IMG/VR virus record: IMGVR_UViG_3300045391_005035 | Direction: 5' to 3' (one strand) | Source of the DNA: a virus | DNA length: 64,000 nucleotides | Shown here: piece by piece, positions 28,073 through 37,325 of the stretch | How the letters are laid out: the number at the start of each line of letters is the position of its first letter | How positions within the stretch are numbered: the first letter of the stretch is position 1 | The notes under the pieces: generated by a model | The model's database searches: none | Told to the model about the DNA's origin: nothing | The model's input: only the letters and a program-made list of their open reading frames with translations | Program-made: the position numbers and the translations under genes

Positions 28073-28504
28073 ATGAACGACGCTGGCGCGAAGGACCAAG
28101 GCCTCGGAGCGAAACTGTTGAAGGAGCTGGAGAACGGTCTCCTGATCGCGTATCGCGTGAAGAATCACGCGCTCGACTACTCGATCATGAACCGTCCCGA
28201 GCCGAACCTCAGCGGCGTCGACGACCACGCGCTCGCGACGGCGATCGTGTACGCCGGCAACAAGTTCAGGATCGTGCACTCGCCAACGCTAGCCTCTCGC
28301 CCCGAGAAGGTCTCGCGTTCCGACGGTCGCACCATCACATACGACGAGCTGATCGACATCGACTTCGATGAAGGCGTCATCCGTACGAGTCGCCGCGAGA
28401 CGATGACGCTCCAGATGCTTCAGGGCATCGTCGGCGATCTGATGTCCAAGGCGACGAAACCATCACCCGGCGTGATGACAGAGAAGCCCAGGTCGGCGAA
28501 CTGA
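28073..28504 (+). CDS. hypothetical protein
   Basis: ORF directly after promoter. Confidence 0.6.
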   Translation: MNDAGAKDQGLGAKLLKELENGLLIAYRVKNHALDYSIMNRPEPNLSGVDDHALATAIVYAGNKFRIVHSPTLASRPEKVSRSDGRTITYDELIDIDFDEGVIRTSRRETMTLQMLQGIVGDLMSKATKPSPGVMTEKPRSAN

Positions 28505-28505
28505 G

Positions 28506-28790
28506 CTACGCGTCGAGGAAGATGAAGTCGAAACCTGCGCTGGTGATGAACCAGCACAGCTGGTCGCCCCAGACGGAACGAAAGACGCCCGCGTCGGGAT
28601 CCTGAGCAAACGCGTTCGCCAGGAACTCACGCGGCGTCTCGTCGTCGTCCAGGATCGGCGACAGATCGACGTGACGCAGGAACGAGCTTGGAGTGACGCG
28701 CTTGGCCACGCGCATCATCTCGTGCCAGTTCGCCTCGTCCGTTGCGCTTCGGCGACGGACGACGCTACATTGGCCGACGTAACGGCTCAC
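28506..28790 (-). CDS. hypothetical protein
   Basis: GTGA overlap; YVGQC...SAGFDFIF. Confidence 0.55.
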   Translation of the reverse strand: MSRYVGQCSVVRRRSATDEANWHEMMRVAKRVTPSSFLRHVDLSPILDDDETPREFLANAFAQDPDAGVFRSVWGDQLCWFITSAGFDFIFLDA

Positions 28791-28972
28791 GCGGCGCGCT
28801 TCAGGTCCGCCGATCGCTCGCCGACGCCGAGCACGGCCCTGCGATCTGCGCCGCTCATCATCGACCAGATGGCACGCAGCTCGGCCTCGAAGCCGTCCGT
28901 GTCGTCGCCGCGAAGACGCGCGGCCCGCAGGCGCTCTCGCGCCGCCCTGTACATCTCGACCTGGTTGCCCAT
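28787..28972 (-). CDS. hypothetical protein
   Basis: GAGGAG RBS. Confidence 0.5.
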   Translation of the reverse strand: MGNQVEMYRAARERLRAARLRGDDTDGFEAELRAIWSMMSGADRRAVLGVGERSADLKRAA

Positions 28973-28990
28973 GGAACACTCCTCGTAGGA

Positions 28991-29029
28991 GAAAAGGAAA
29001 AGCCGCCTCAGAGACTCCTCCGAGGCGGC
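28991..29029 (-). terminator. intrinsic terminator
   Basis: GCCGCCTC/GAGGCGGC stem followed on minus strand by TTTTCCTTTT. Confidence 0.55.
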
Positions 29030-29226
29030 CCACGTGCAGCGAATGCAGCAGAGGTGCTTACGGAGGAGATGTTGCGTTCTTGATGTCGTTGCCGGCTTCG
29101 ACCGAACTCACTTTCGCGACGGGGCATGCCGGGCACATGGACCCGGTGCCACACGTGGCACCACCGTCGCGCAAAATGAGAATCGGCTTCAGCACGAAAC
29201 TCTTGTCCCACGTCGTCGCAACATCG

Positions 29227-29652
29227 TCAAGAAGAATGTTGCGTCGGTCGCGTTGGTCTCGTGAACAGTGCGATCTCTTCGTCGTTGAGCCAGCGGCGAT
29301 CGGTCGCGTTGTAGACAAACGTCGGCTTCTGGGCTTCGAGCGCGAGTCGCACGCTGTGCATCGTTCCGCGTGATGCTCCGTCCCAGCAGGCGATCAGCTG
29401 TTCGCACGCGTCGACGATCTGCTGGTTCCGCTTGAAGCCAGCTCCACGCCCATACTTGTCCCAGTCGGCCGGGAAGATCACGGGCGGCCGCTTGCAGAGC
29501 TTGCGGGCAACCTTCTCCGCAAGCGTGTCGGCGCCACGGGCGCCGCCGCTGACGATGACGACCTCAGGATCGTGCTCCAGCAGGCGCGTCACGATGCGCT
29601 CCATCACCTTCATGTCCATGAAGGTCCTCGACCCGACGATGGCGACGTTCAC
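29227..29652 (-). CDS. SLOG-superfamily (DUF2493/YspA-like) protein
   Basis: AIVGSR, IVSGGARGAD, ADWDKYGRGAGFKRN, WDGASRGT. Confidence 0.85.
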   Translation of the reverse strand: MNVAIVGSRTFMDMKVMERIVTRLLEHDPEVVIVSGGARGADTLAEKVARKLCKRPPVIFPADWDKYGRGAGFKRNQQIVDACEQLIACWDGASRGTMHSVRLALEAQKPTFVYNATDRRWLNDEEIALFTRPTRPTQHSS

Positions 29653-31106
29653 CGGAGCGGCCTGTACGGCTGGTCGAAGCCTACGCATGCCTCGGTGTTC
29701 GGCTGGAGCTGACGACGAGGAGGCCGGCCAAATGCACCGTGTTGTCGGTACAGGTCAACCGTCTGGTACATCGAGTTCGCCGAGCGCATGTCCGATACGG
29801 CACTGGGATCGATACCGAAGCCGCTCAGTACGCTGACCCAGAAGATGACCTCGTCAGGGAACTTGATCTCTGCCGCGTGTGCAGCGGCGAACCCCGGTGA
29901 CCGGTTCGCCTTGCCCTTGATCTGCTTCACGTTCTCCGCGCGGAGCACTGCCTCGTCGGCGTCTGGCTCGCGCATCTGCTTGCGGATGTCCTCTGCGTAG
30001 ATCTGCGTATCGATCTCCAAGGTGAAGCGCGGCTTGTTCGCTCGCGAGCGGAGCGACCAGACCTCGATCTCGCCGTCCTTCAGCGCTCGTACGTAACCCA
30101 TGCCCTGATCGCCGACGCAATGTCGCATCAGCGTTCCTTCGAGACGCAGATCGCCCGGATGCAGCTTGATGAGCTTCCACGGCGCCTCTTCGTAGAGCGG
30201 GCCCTTCGTGATGCCCATCGCGCGCAGATCCGCTTGCGTCCACTCGCCGATGACCTCGCGCGGATCGTCGCGCCCTGACTCCAGCGCCGCGAAGTATTCC
30301 TTCAGGGTCTGGTAGACCTCCTCGCGCTCGTCTTCGCCCTCGAACCACTTGATGACGAAGCCGAGCAGTTCCTCATCGGGCAGCGGCTGCTCGCGCAGCT
30401 TCTTGGCGAGAATCGAGTTCTCCGTCTCCAGCGCCGAGAAGAACACCTCCTTCGCCTTCTGCGGGTCATTCTCGACGACCTCGTTGAGGTAGGCGGAGAT
30501 CAGGTCGCGGCACCACTCGTAGAACTCTTCCCGGTTGGACGTGATGTAGACCGGCGATCCGGAAGTACGACCCCAGTTCTCTTCGACACGGTCGACCTGA
30601 TCCCACCAGACCTGACCGTCGAGCGACTTCCAGAACTCCCGCGCCAGTTCTGGCGGGATGTGCTCAGCACCGTCTGGGACTCGCGCGTGCGGGAAGTAGA
30701 CGCTGTCCTCTGTTTCCACCCGGAACGAGAAGACATCCGGATCGCTCGACCAGGTGAACGGACCCCAGTGCGGCCAGCCGCCCAGGCGGTGGTGCCGCGA
30801 CCGTCGTCGCTCACCGTCGGCTGCCTCCTTCAGCGCCTCGACAACCCGTTCACGCGGCACGTAGTCCAGGTTGTACTCCGCGGGGCTGTCGTAGATCACC
30901 TGGTCCACGAACTTGTCGTCGCTGGCCCAGATCGAAAAATCAGGAACCGGATCTTCGTCGGCGTCGCGGTGGGCGTGGAGGCCCTTGGTGTCCCACCAGT
31001 ACATCGCCTGATCCAGCTTCTCAGCGATGTCGGCGCGGAGTTCCTCGTCGTTACTCGCCAGGTGGCGCTGGACCTGCTCCATGGAGACTGCATCTTCGAG
31101 CAGCAC
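29649..31106 (-). CDS. PcfJ-like domain protein
   Basis: L.LEGTLMRHCVG..Y....VWSLR....P.FTLE...QIKGKAN. Confidence 0.7.
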   Translation of the reverse strand: MLLEDAVSMEQVQRHLASNDEELRADIAEKLDQAMYWWDTKGLHAHRDADEDPVPDFSIWASDDKFVDQVIYDSPAEYNLDYVPRERVVEALKEAADGERRRSRHHRLGGWPHWGPFTWSSDPDVFSFRVETEDSVYFPHARVPDGAEHIPPELAREFWKSLDGQVWWDQVDRVEENWGRTSGSPVYITSNREEFYEWCRDLISAYLNEVVENDPQKAKEVFFSALETENSILAKKLREQPLPDEELLGFVIKWFEGEDEREEVYQTLKEYFAALESGRDDPREVIGEWTQADLRAMGITKGPLYEEAPWKLIKLHPGDLRLEGTLMRHCVGDQGMGYVRALKDGEIEVWSLRSRANKPRFTLEIDTQIYAEDIRKQMREPDADEAVLRAENVKQIKGKANRSPGFAAAHAAEIKFPDEVIFWVSVLSGFGIDPSAVSDMRSANSMYQTVDLYRQHGAFGRPPRRQLQPNTEACVGFDQPYRPLR

Positions 31107-31107
31107 G

Positions 31108-32634
31108 TCAGGCCTCCATGTCCTCGACGGCGGTGAGCGCCTTGTCGATCATCTCGTCGGTCAGGTGCTCGGCCTTGTAGACGCCTGGGTAGCGCTTACG
31201 CTGCATGAGCGCGTCGCGTACCGCCACGACGACCGGCACCTTCTCCTCGTCGTCGTCATCGCCGCCGTAGACCGTGGCGGCGTTGTTCGCGACATCCGAT
31301 CCGAGACTCGCTCCCACGAACGGACTGATGCGCCGCGCGATCTCTCTCGCGATGTCGTGCACGCGCCCGTTCTCGCGCACGCCCTTCACGGCGTAGTCGT
31401 GTCCCTCGACGTCGCCACCGGTGGGACGGCGCACGAACGGCTCGATCCAGATGACCTTCCGCAGCGCCCGCCCAGGCCCGTGTGCCTGCTGACGGAAGTG
31501 ACCGCGCACGAGGATGTCGTCCTTCGTGAGCGTCCGCTGGATCCGCGTCACCTGACGACCGACATCCCAGAGTGAGAAGTTCTTGCCGATCGTGACCTGA
31601 CGTCGAGCACCGCTGCCGGCGCGGCGAGCATGCTCGGCCTTCTCGACGACCTCTGGCCAGGTCTGGCGACCACCGGTCGGCTGGATGTCCGGGTTCGGGC
31701 TCGACAGGTAGAGGCAGAAGTTGACCACGAACTTCCGCAGCAGCTTGTACCCGTCCTCGTACGCAAACTCGACGCCCTGCCATCGAACGAACGGACGACG
31801 CTCCCTCCGGCTGTCCATGCCATCGTCGTCGATCGTTGCTTCGTACTCCTCGATCGAGCCGTCGAACCCCTCTGGCAGCGATACGAAGTTCACCTGCGCA
31901 TTGTCGTCGGTCGCAGAGGTCGACTTCTCGTTCGGCTCGCCCCAGAAGAGCGACAGCAGCAGACGCCCCTCACGGGGGCCGTCGTTCGCACGCCCCTCTG
32001 CCACGCCCACGAGCGAAACCTTGTGCCAGCCGGTGACGGAGTTCCACATCTCCAGCGCGCCCGGCGGCATCTGGATGTAGAAGCCTGGGAGCGGCGGTCG
32101 CACGTCGCGCGGCCTGACGGAGTCCGCGTCCGTGAGGATGAGCTTCTCGGCGAGGCTGTCGCGCAGCTCGAAGACGCTCGGAGCGCCGAAGCGGCGTGCC
32201 GACATGTAGATGAACAGCGCGGTGAACGGAAGCTGAATCGCCGCGAAGAACTGCTGCCCCGACATGCGGTGGCCGTACATCTGGAGCTGCCCGAGCAGTG
32301 CGTTGGCGGCGACGTCGATGAGCTGCTTCCACTGCTTCGTGTTGCCCGGTCTCATCAGGTCGATGAGGTCGGTGGCGGTCCCCATGTCCAGGTCTTCTGG
32401 CGCGATCCCCGTCTGCACGTGCCAGAGCATCGGCGACAGAACCGTCTGCGACCGGCGCTGCACCGGCTTCCCTTGCCGCCAGAGCTTCTCGACCTCGTCC
32501 ATCGTTGCCAGCAGCTTCTTCTGCATGTCCGGCGTCGCATGGCGCAGCGCCATCCCGGGAGAGCTGGCCAGCTCGACGGCGCGCTGCTTGATGGTGTCGG
32601 AGATCGTCCAGAAATCATCGTTCTCGCCAGCCAT
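31108..32634 (-). CDS. phage hypothetical protein
   Basis: VRGHFRQQAHGPGRALRKVIWIEPF motif; VRENGR junction before C-terminal module. Confidence 0.7.
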   Translation of the reverse strand: MAGENDDFWTISDTIKQRAVELASSPGMALRHATPDMQKKLLATMDEVEKLWRQGKPVQRRSQTVLSPMLWHVQTGIAPEDLDMGTATDLIDLMRPGNTKQWKQLIDVAANALLGQLQMYGHRMSGQQFFAAIQLPFTALFIYMSARRFGAPSVFELRDSLAEKLILTDADSVRPRDVRPPLPGFYIQMPPGALEMWNSVTGWHKVSLVGVAEGRANDGPREGRLLLSLFWGEPNEKSTSATDDNAQVNFVSLPEGFDGSIEEYEATIDDDGMDSRRERRPFVRWQGVEFAYEDGYKLLRKFVVNFCLYLSSPNPDIQPTGGRQTWPEVVEKAEHARRAGSGARRQVTIGKNFSLWDVGRQVTRIQRTLTKDDILVRGHFRQQAHGPGRALRKVIWIEPFVRRPTGGDVEGHDYAVKGVRENGRVHDIAREIARRISPFVGASLGSDVANNAATVYGGDDDDEEKVPVVVAVRDALMQRKRYPGVYKAEHLTDEMIDKALTAVEDMEA

Positions 32635-32663
32635 GACGACGAACGTTACCACGGAAAAGTGTG

Positions 32664-32691
32664 TTGCAAGAACTACCGCGCATGTTACCGT
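32664..32691 (+). promoter_or_regulatory. promoter overlapping GTGTGTTGCAAGAAC motif
   Basis: TTGCAA-16-TACCGT-6-ATG. Confidence 0.55.
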
Positions 32692-32697
32692 CGCGTC

Positions 32698-32877
32698 ATG
32701 AAGTCCATGGAACAGCAGCTGGAAGAGGCCCGTGAGGAGATCGACGCGCTCAAGCGAATGGTCGCTGGGCGCGACGATGCGATCGAGACGCTGCGCGCGA
32801 TGGTGAAGCGCGCCGCGCGTGAGATGCGCGCCGGCTCGAAAGACATCCTCGCCGACCTGGAGAAGGTCAAGACGTGA
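32698..32877 (+). CDS. small coiled-coil protein
   Basis: ORF after promoter. Confidence 0.55.
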   Translation: MKSMEQQLEEAREEIDALKRMVAGRDDAIETLRAMVKRAAREMRAGSKDILADLEKVKT

Positions 32878-33119
32878 CGTTCCTCAATGCACGGCAGCGC
32901 GAGCACGCCGCGGCGCTTCTGATGCGCGAGCTGATCTGCGAGAAGATCTACCGCGAACGCGACAAGTGGACCGCGGTCCATCCCTGCCGTGCTCTCGGCG
33001 TGCGAACGCTCCCGTTCGACGTGAGCGACTACATCACCAACGACCTCTTGACCTTGGATGCGCCGCGTTTGCGCGCATACGCGGCCGAGGTGCTCGACCT
33101 GCTGGAGAAGCGCAGATGA
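32874..33119 (+). CDS. hypothetical protein
   Basis: GTGA overlap. Confidence 0.5.
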   Translation: MTFLNARQREHAAALLMRELICEKIYRERDKWTAVHPCRALGVRTLPFDVSDYITNDLLTLDAPRLRAYAAEVLDLLEKRR

Positions 33120-33376
33120 GCGACGATCAATCCGAGGCGAATCCAATGGCCGGCGTCAGCTTCGGTGTCCTCGCAGTGCCTGGCACCGAGGTCCGCGGCC
33201 GTACGAACTGCAACCACCCGAAAAACCGGCGTCGCGAAGGCGAGCGCATGTCGCTCGTGTACGGCTCCGCTCCGACGGAGGAGTGCACGCTGTGCGGCGC
33301 ATGGCGGCCGACAGATCGCTGGCTCGGCCCGTGGCGTCGTGCGACCGTGTCGCGTGGAGACCGCGATGACGAATGA
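33116..33376 (+). CDS. hypothetical protein
   Basis: ATGA overlap; C.H...C..CG. Confidence 0.45.
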   Translation: MSDDQSEANPMAGVSFGVLAVPGTEVRGRTNCNHPKNRRREGERMSLVYGSAPTEECTLCGAWRPTDRWLGPWRRATVSRGDRDDE

Positions 33377-33848
33377 ACGCTCGGTCATCGAGCGCGCGAG
33401 GGAGATCTCGCAGGTCGCGCTAGATCACGGATGGGACGCGCCTACGTGGGACAACTTCCTCGCGAAGCTCATGCTCGTCATGACCGAGGTGCAGGAGGCC
33501 GAGGATGCGAGCACTCATGACGAAGCGGTGATGGAGCTGGCTGACGTCGTCATTCGAACGCTGAACGTGCTCTTCACGCTCAACGGTGATGGTCCCGTGC
33601 CGATGGAGGAGCCGTTGCCGCCGAGCGACGACCTGCTCCTCCGTACGCGCCAGGTGCTCTGCCGCTCCGCTGAGTTCTATCGCCGCGGCATGGATGGTCG
33701 CGCTCTCGGCGAGCTGTGGGACCTGATCGTCGGAATCGAACGGTGGTGCACCGAGCGCGGCTGCGACATCTGGGTCTTCGTCGATAAGAAGACGGAGATC
33801 AATCGAGATCGTCCGCGCATGCACGGCAAGAAGCGCTCGATCGGCTAG
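33366..33848 (+). CDS. MazG-like NTP pyrophosphohydrolase
   Basis: KLMLVMTEVQEA...ELADVVIR...K..IN..R..MHGK. Confidence 0.8.
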   Translation: MTNERSVIERAREISQVALDHGWDAPTWDNFLAKLMLVMTEVQEAEDASTHDEAVMELADVVIRTLNVLFTLNGDGPVPMEEPLPPSDDLLLRTRQVLCRSAEFYRRGMDGRALGELWDLIVGIERWCTERGCDIWVFVDKKTEINRDRPRMHGKKRSIG

Positions 33849-34117
33849 CGCGCTCGACTTGCTCCGACGAAGCGCTTGAGCTGACGTTCGAACCAATCGT
33901 CCCACTCGCGCTCCCACTGCTTCACGAGAGCGTCTGGTAGATGCGTCTTCGCGACGAACTCGGCGTGGAGCTTCGCCGACTTCGCGGCCGCCCTCGCCTC
34001 GCCTTCGAGGTCGCCTTCGAAGTGGCAGAACCACCAGCGCCGTCGCTGCTCCCACATCGCTTCTAGCTGCGCGACGGAGTTACGAACGTACCTGCGCTGT
34101 GCGGCGCTGATCGACAC
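33845..34117 (-). CDS. hypothetical protein
   Basis: ORF in minus-strand train. Confidence 0.5.
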   Translation of the reverse strand: MSISAAQRRYVRNSVAQLEAMWEQRRRWWFCHFEGDLEGEARAAAKSAKLHAEFVAKTHLPDALVKQWEREWDDWFERQLKRFVGASRAR

Positions 34118-34120
34118 GTG

Positions 34121-34492
34121 TCACGTCCACCTGAAGCCGAGTAGTGCCATGCAGAACGCCGCGATCTCCTGCGCTGGCGCGCTGGAGTGAGATGCGAGGA
34201 TGCGCAGAAACGCGTGCAGCACGGAGATGTCTCGGAACGTGATGAGCACGTTCTGCCCGCGGAAGCTGATCGTGACGCGATCGGCGAAGCCCATGCCCGC
34301 TGAGAGGTACGTCGCGAGCGTCGCTGCCTGGTCCGCTTCGTCCTTGTCGTCGAGCACCAGCGTGAAGACTTCCGGTGGTGCGCAGAGCGCGCTGTGTCCA
34401 CGCTCGTCGCGATAGCGCCAGATGTGCCGCTTGAACTCCCGGAACGGCGGGACGGTGCCAGCGGGTACGGCGAGGCGCGGAACGGCGCTCAC
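34121..34492 (-). CDS. hypothetical protein
   Basis: GTGA overlap. Confidence 0.55.
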   Translation of the reverse strand: MSAVPRLAVPAGTVPPFREFKRHIWRYRDERGHSALCAPPEVFTLVLDDKDEADQAATLATYLSAGMGFADRVTISFRGQNVLITFRDISVLHAFLRILASHSSAPAQEIAAFCMALLGFRWT

Positions 34493-35085
34493 GTCGCCAC
34501 GCTCCGCACCTTCATCATCACCTTGAAGGCGCGATCGATCTCCTCGAACCTCGCTCGCGCTGCCTCCTTCTCTTCGGAAGGTGCTCCCGGTGGCACGCGA
34601 TCGGGGTGTGCCGCGCCCGCGAGCTTGCGGTACGCCTTCTTGATCTCATCGATGGGCGCGTCGGCATCGACACCGAGCACCTCCCAAGGCTTCGGCCCCT
34701 TCGGCACGCCCGCCTCCGGCGCACGGCCCGGAGGGGCGCCGCGGGCCGCGTTTTTCGCGAAGTCGGACATGCCGTTCTTGAGCGCGAGCATCTTCTCGTT
34801 GCCCGCATGCCACATGAACTTGAAGCAGCGCTCGCACGTCGCGAAGCCGTCGCCCTTCGCGCTGATCATCGCGAGCGCCTCGAAGGGGAACATGTTGTGA
34901 CAGCCGCTGCACTTGTAGGCAGCGCGACGCAGCTCCTGCGGAATCTGCTGCATGGCGGCGCGCTGGCTGTCTACGCGGCCCTGGAAGAACTCCGTCGCGC
35001 GCTCGAATACGGCGTCGATGCCGACATCGATGGCGCGATCCAAGACGTCGTCGAGGCGTGCCTGATGGCTGGGCTTGCGAGGCAT
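34489..35085 (-). CDS. zinc finger + C-terminal J-domain protein
   Basis: PWEVLGV...EIKKAYRKLA...HPDR...F.EI..AF; CSGC/CERC. Confidence 0.85.
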   Translation of the reverse strand: MPRKPSHQARLDDVLDRAIDVGIDAVFERATEFFQGRVDSQRAAMQQIPQELRRAAYKCSGCHNMFPFEALAMISAKGDGFATCERCFKFMWHAGNEKMLALKNGMSDFAKNAARGAPPGRAPEAGVPKGPKPWEVLGVDADAPIDEIKKAYRKLAGAAHPDRVPPGAPSEEKEAARARFEEIDRAFKVMMKVRSVAT

Positions 35086-35095
35086 CCGTGTTCCC

Positions 35096-35404
35096 TCAGA
35101 TCACGACGAGCGTGGAGCCGAGCCCGGCCGCCGGCACGAGTCGCCCTCGAAGCATCATGCGCCGATCGGCGCGCACGGCGAGGCCTGCGCCAGGGTTCAC
35201 GAACCCGCCGAGTCCGTCGTCCGGGCAGCCGAGCGGAAAGGGGAGCGGTGCGTAGTTGCCGATCGCGCGACCGCCTCGCGCGTTGTACGCGACCGTCTCG
35301 TTCGGAATGATGGTCCTGAGCTGACGCGCCCAGACGCTGTGCGCATTCGCGAAGCGACGCATCGGCTGCGTGCCGGGGAGGACCTTGGCGACGTGGTAGC
35401 TCAT
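35096..35404 (-). CDS. small protein with MSY start and GLG motifs
   Basis: MSYH..., DDGLGG, AAGLGS. Confidence 0.55.
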   Translation of the reverse strand: MSYHVAKVLPGTQPMRRFANAHSVWARQLRTIIPNETVAYNARGGRAIGNYAPLPFPLGCPDDGLGGFVNPGAGLAVRADRRMMLRGRLVPAAGLGSTLVVI

Positions 35405-36279
35405 GAACGAATCCTACCCTTCTTCCGGCTGGTTCGCCGCTTCTTGCGGCTCGTTCGCTTGTTCGGGGCGACACGGCGATGCTTCATCGACGCGCTCCGT
35501 TGCGACGTAGACAGCGACGTGCGCTTCGATGGCGTTGCGGCAATCCAGTTGTCGTCGAGCGGCACGATGGTCGTGGACATGTCCTCGTGCAGCGCCGGAA
35601 AATAGAGCGAGTCGATCTCCGCCACGTGACCCACCAGCGCGGGAATCAGCTGGCCCCACCGATCGCGAGCATCGACGAGACGCACGTACACCATCTGGTA
35701 GATCGTGTACCCGTGCGTTTTATCGAAATCCGTCGTCACGTGATCGACAACACCACGTGCCCCCGCCGGAATGGTGCCGGCCAACGATTCGACCGCCGCC
35801 GAGAACTTCACGCGCGTGCCTGGCGCGTAGGTGTGCTGCACCCAGTTTCCATACGCCGCCGACGCCAGCGTCGTACCTGACAGCAGCGGTGCCGGTGGCA
35901 CCGGGTTCGGCGTCGTGTGTCGTCCTTTCCACGAACGCTTGAGCGGAACCGTCTGCGGACCCCAGTTGTCGACCAGCGGGCGGAGCGTTGTGTGGGCGAC
36001 CTCGTAGTCGACGTCCGCCCACCACTTCTCCTGGTGAGCGCCGAACAGAAGCGGTGTCGCAACTGTCGTTTCGAGCCCGAGGTCACGAGAGCTTCGATAC
36101 AGGCGTCGGACGCGAGCGACGGTGCCAGCCGGCAGGATCATCTCTTCCAGATCGTCACCGACCTTCGTGAAGAACGCGACCGGCTTCAGTAGGCGGACCG
36201 GCGTATCGACAGCGTAGGTCTTCTCGACCCAGTCGTCCCACGGCGGAATGTAGTGGCCAACCGGCGGCGGCGGGATCAC
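35401..36279 (-). CDS. tandem SH3-like repeat protein with KRTSR tail
   Basis: 2x PP..P...W...TYA..T.V.....PL.DNW; tail VAPNKRTSRKKRRTSRKK. Confidence 0.65.
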   Translation of the reverse strand: MIPPPPVGHYIPPWDDWVEKTYAVDTPVRLLKPVAFFTKVGDDLEEMILPAGTVARVRRLYRSSRDLGLETTVATPLLFGAHQEKWWADVDYEVAHTTLRPLVDNWGPQTVPLKRSWKGRHTTPNPVPPAPLLSGTTLASAAYGNWVQHTYAPGTRVKFSAAVESLAGTIPAGARGVVDHVTTDFDKTHGYTIYQMVYVRLVDARDRWGQLIPALVGHVAEIDSLYFPALHEDMSTTIVPLDDNWIAATPSKRTSLSTSQRSASMKHRRVAPNKRTSRKKRRTSRKKGRIRS

Positions 36280-37325
36280 AGGAGCCTCCTACGCTTCAGT
36301 TCGTCGTAGATCTCCTGCTGCTCTTCCGGAGACCACTGATCGTCATCGATGTGGATCGACCTTCGCGTCGACGATCCGGTAGCGTAGTCCTCGTTCGCAT
36401 CCGACTGCGTATACCATCGGGCCGGACCAGGATAGTCGCTGCCTTCGACGTGGCCGAGTTCTTCCGCGATGATCTTGGCCGCTCGCTGCGCGAACGACTC
36501 ACCCTCGTCTAGGTCGGCTGCGTCGATCTCGATGTCACTCAGCGACTCGTGATCGATCTCCGGGTACACGTCCGGCTCGCTCGCGTGCACCGTCTCGCTC
36601 GTAAACCCGAGCCGACGCGAGCCACCGAGCTGCGCGGCCGCCTCTGGCGCCACTCCACCGCCCACCGTGCCGCCGATGTAGTAGCGACAATCGCGGTTCG
36701 CGCAGTCGCGGTTCCAGATGCCTTCGAAGTAGTCGTGCGAGCCGCAGGACGGACACGTTGCGTTCGGTGCGAGCCTGCGATGCTTCATCGACGACGGCCG
36801 CGTCTGATGCGGAGCCCAGTTGTCATCGAGCGGGACGAGCCACGTCAGAATGTGAGAACCAATCGGCCGCGTCAGCAGGTTCGTGTTCTTGGCGTCGAGG
36901 AGCTTCCACATGTCCTCGATGTCGGCCGCTACCCAGCTCTGGGCTTCTCCAGGAGCCGCATCGGCGACGTACGAATACGAGCGCGCATCAACAACGCGCA
37001 CAGTGATCTGCAATGGGTAGTTATACGCATCGTTGCGCGTAACAGCGACCACCGTACCGCGCGTACCGTCGGGAACGAGCGCGGCCACGGTCGACGTCCG
37101 CAGGTCGTGTGGACCACCTGGGTACCACCCCACTCCGCCGCCCCAGAACTTCACTGGCGTCCCAGGGGCGAACGTGCGGCGCGACCACTTCTCCAGGTCG
37201 TCGACGCCGTGGGTAAGGGCCTGCGGCGGCGGAGGGATTGGGTTCTGATGAACGCGCCGGCTCGTTCGCTTCGTCGGATTCTTCGACGTGCGCTTCGGAC
37301 GCCGTGATGTACGCCGCTTCGTCAC
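36276..37325 (-). CDS. RTSR-tagged modular protein
   Basis: TKRRTSRRPKRTSKNPTKRTSRRVHQNP leader; shared repeat; LAPN then CPSC finger. Confidence 0.65.
   Translation of the reverse strand: MTKRRTSRRPKRTSKNPTKRTSRRVHQNPIPPPPQALTHGVDDLEKWSRRTFAPGTPVKFWGGGVGWYPGGPHDLRTSTVAALVPDGTRGTVVAVTRNDAYNYPLQITVRVVDARSYSYVADAAPGEAQSWVAADIEDMWKLLDAKNTNLLTRPIGSHILTWLVPLDDNWAPHQTRPSSMKHRRLAPNATCPSCGSHDYFEGIWNRDCANRDCRYYIGGTVGGGVAPEAAAQLGGSRRLGFTSETVHASEPDVYPEIDHESLSDIEIDAADLDEGESFAQRAAKIIAEELGHVEGSDYPGPARWYTQSDANEDYATGSSTRRSIHIDDDQWSPEEQQEIYDELKRRRLL

Noticed and set aside
29058-29318. Small minus-strand ORF
   Set aside because: Overlaps the SLOG gene 3' end with no clear RBS or motif; insufficient support.
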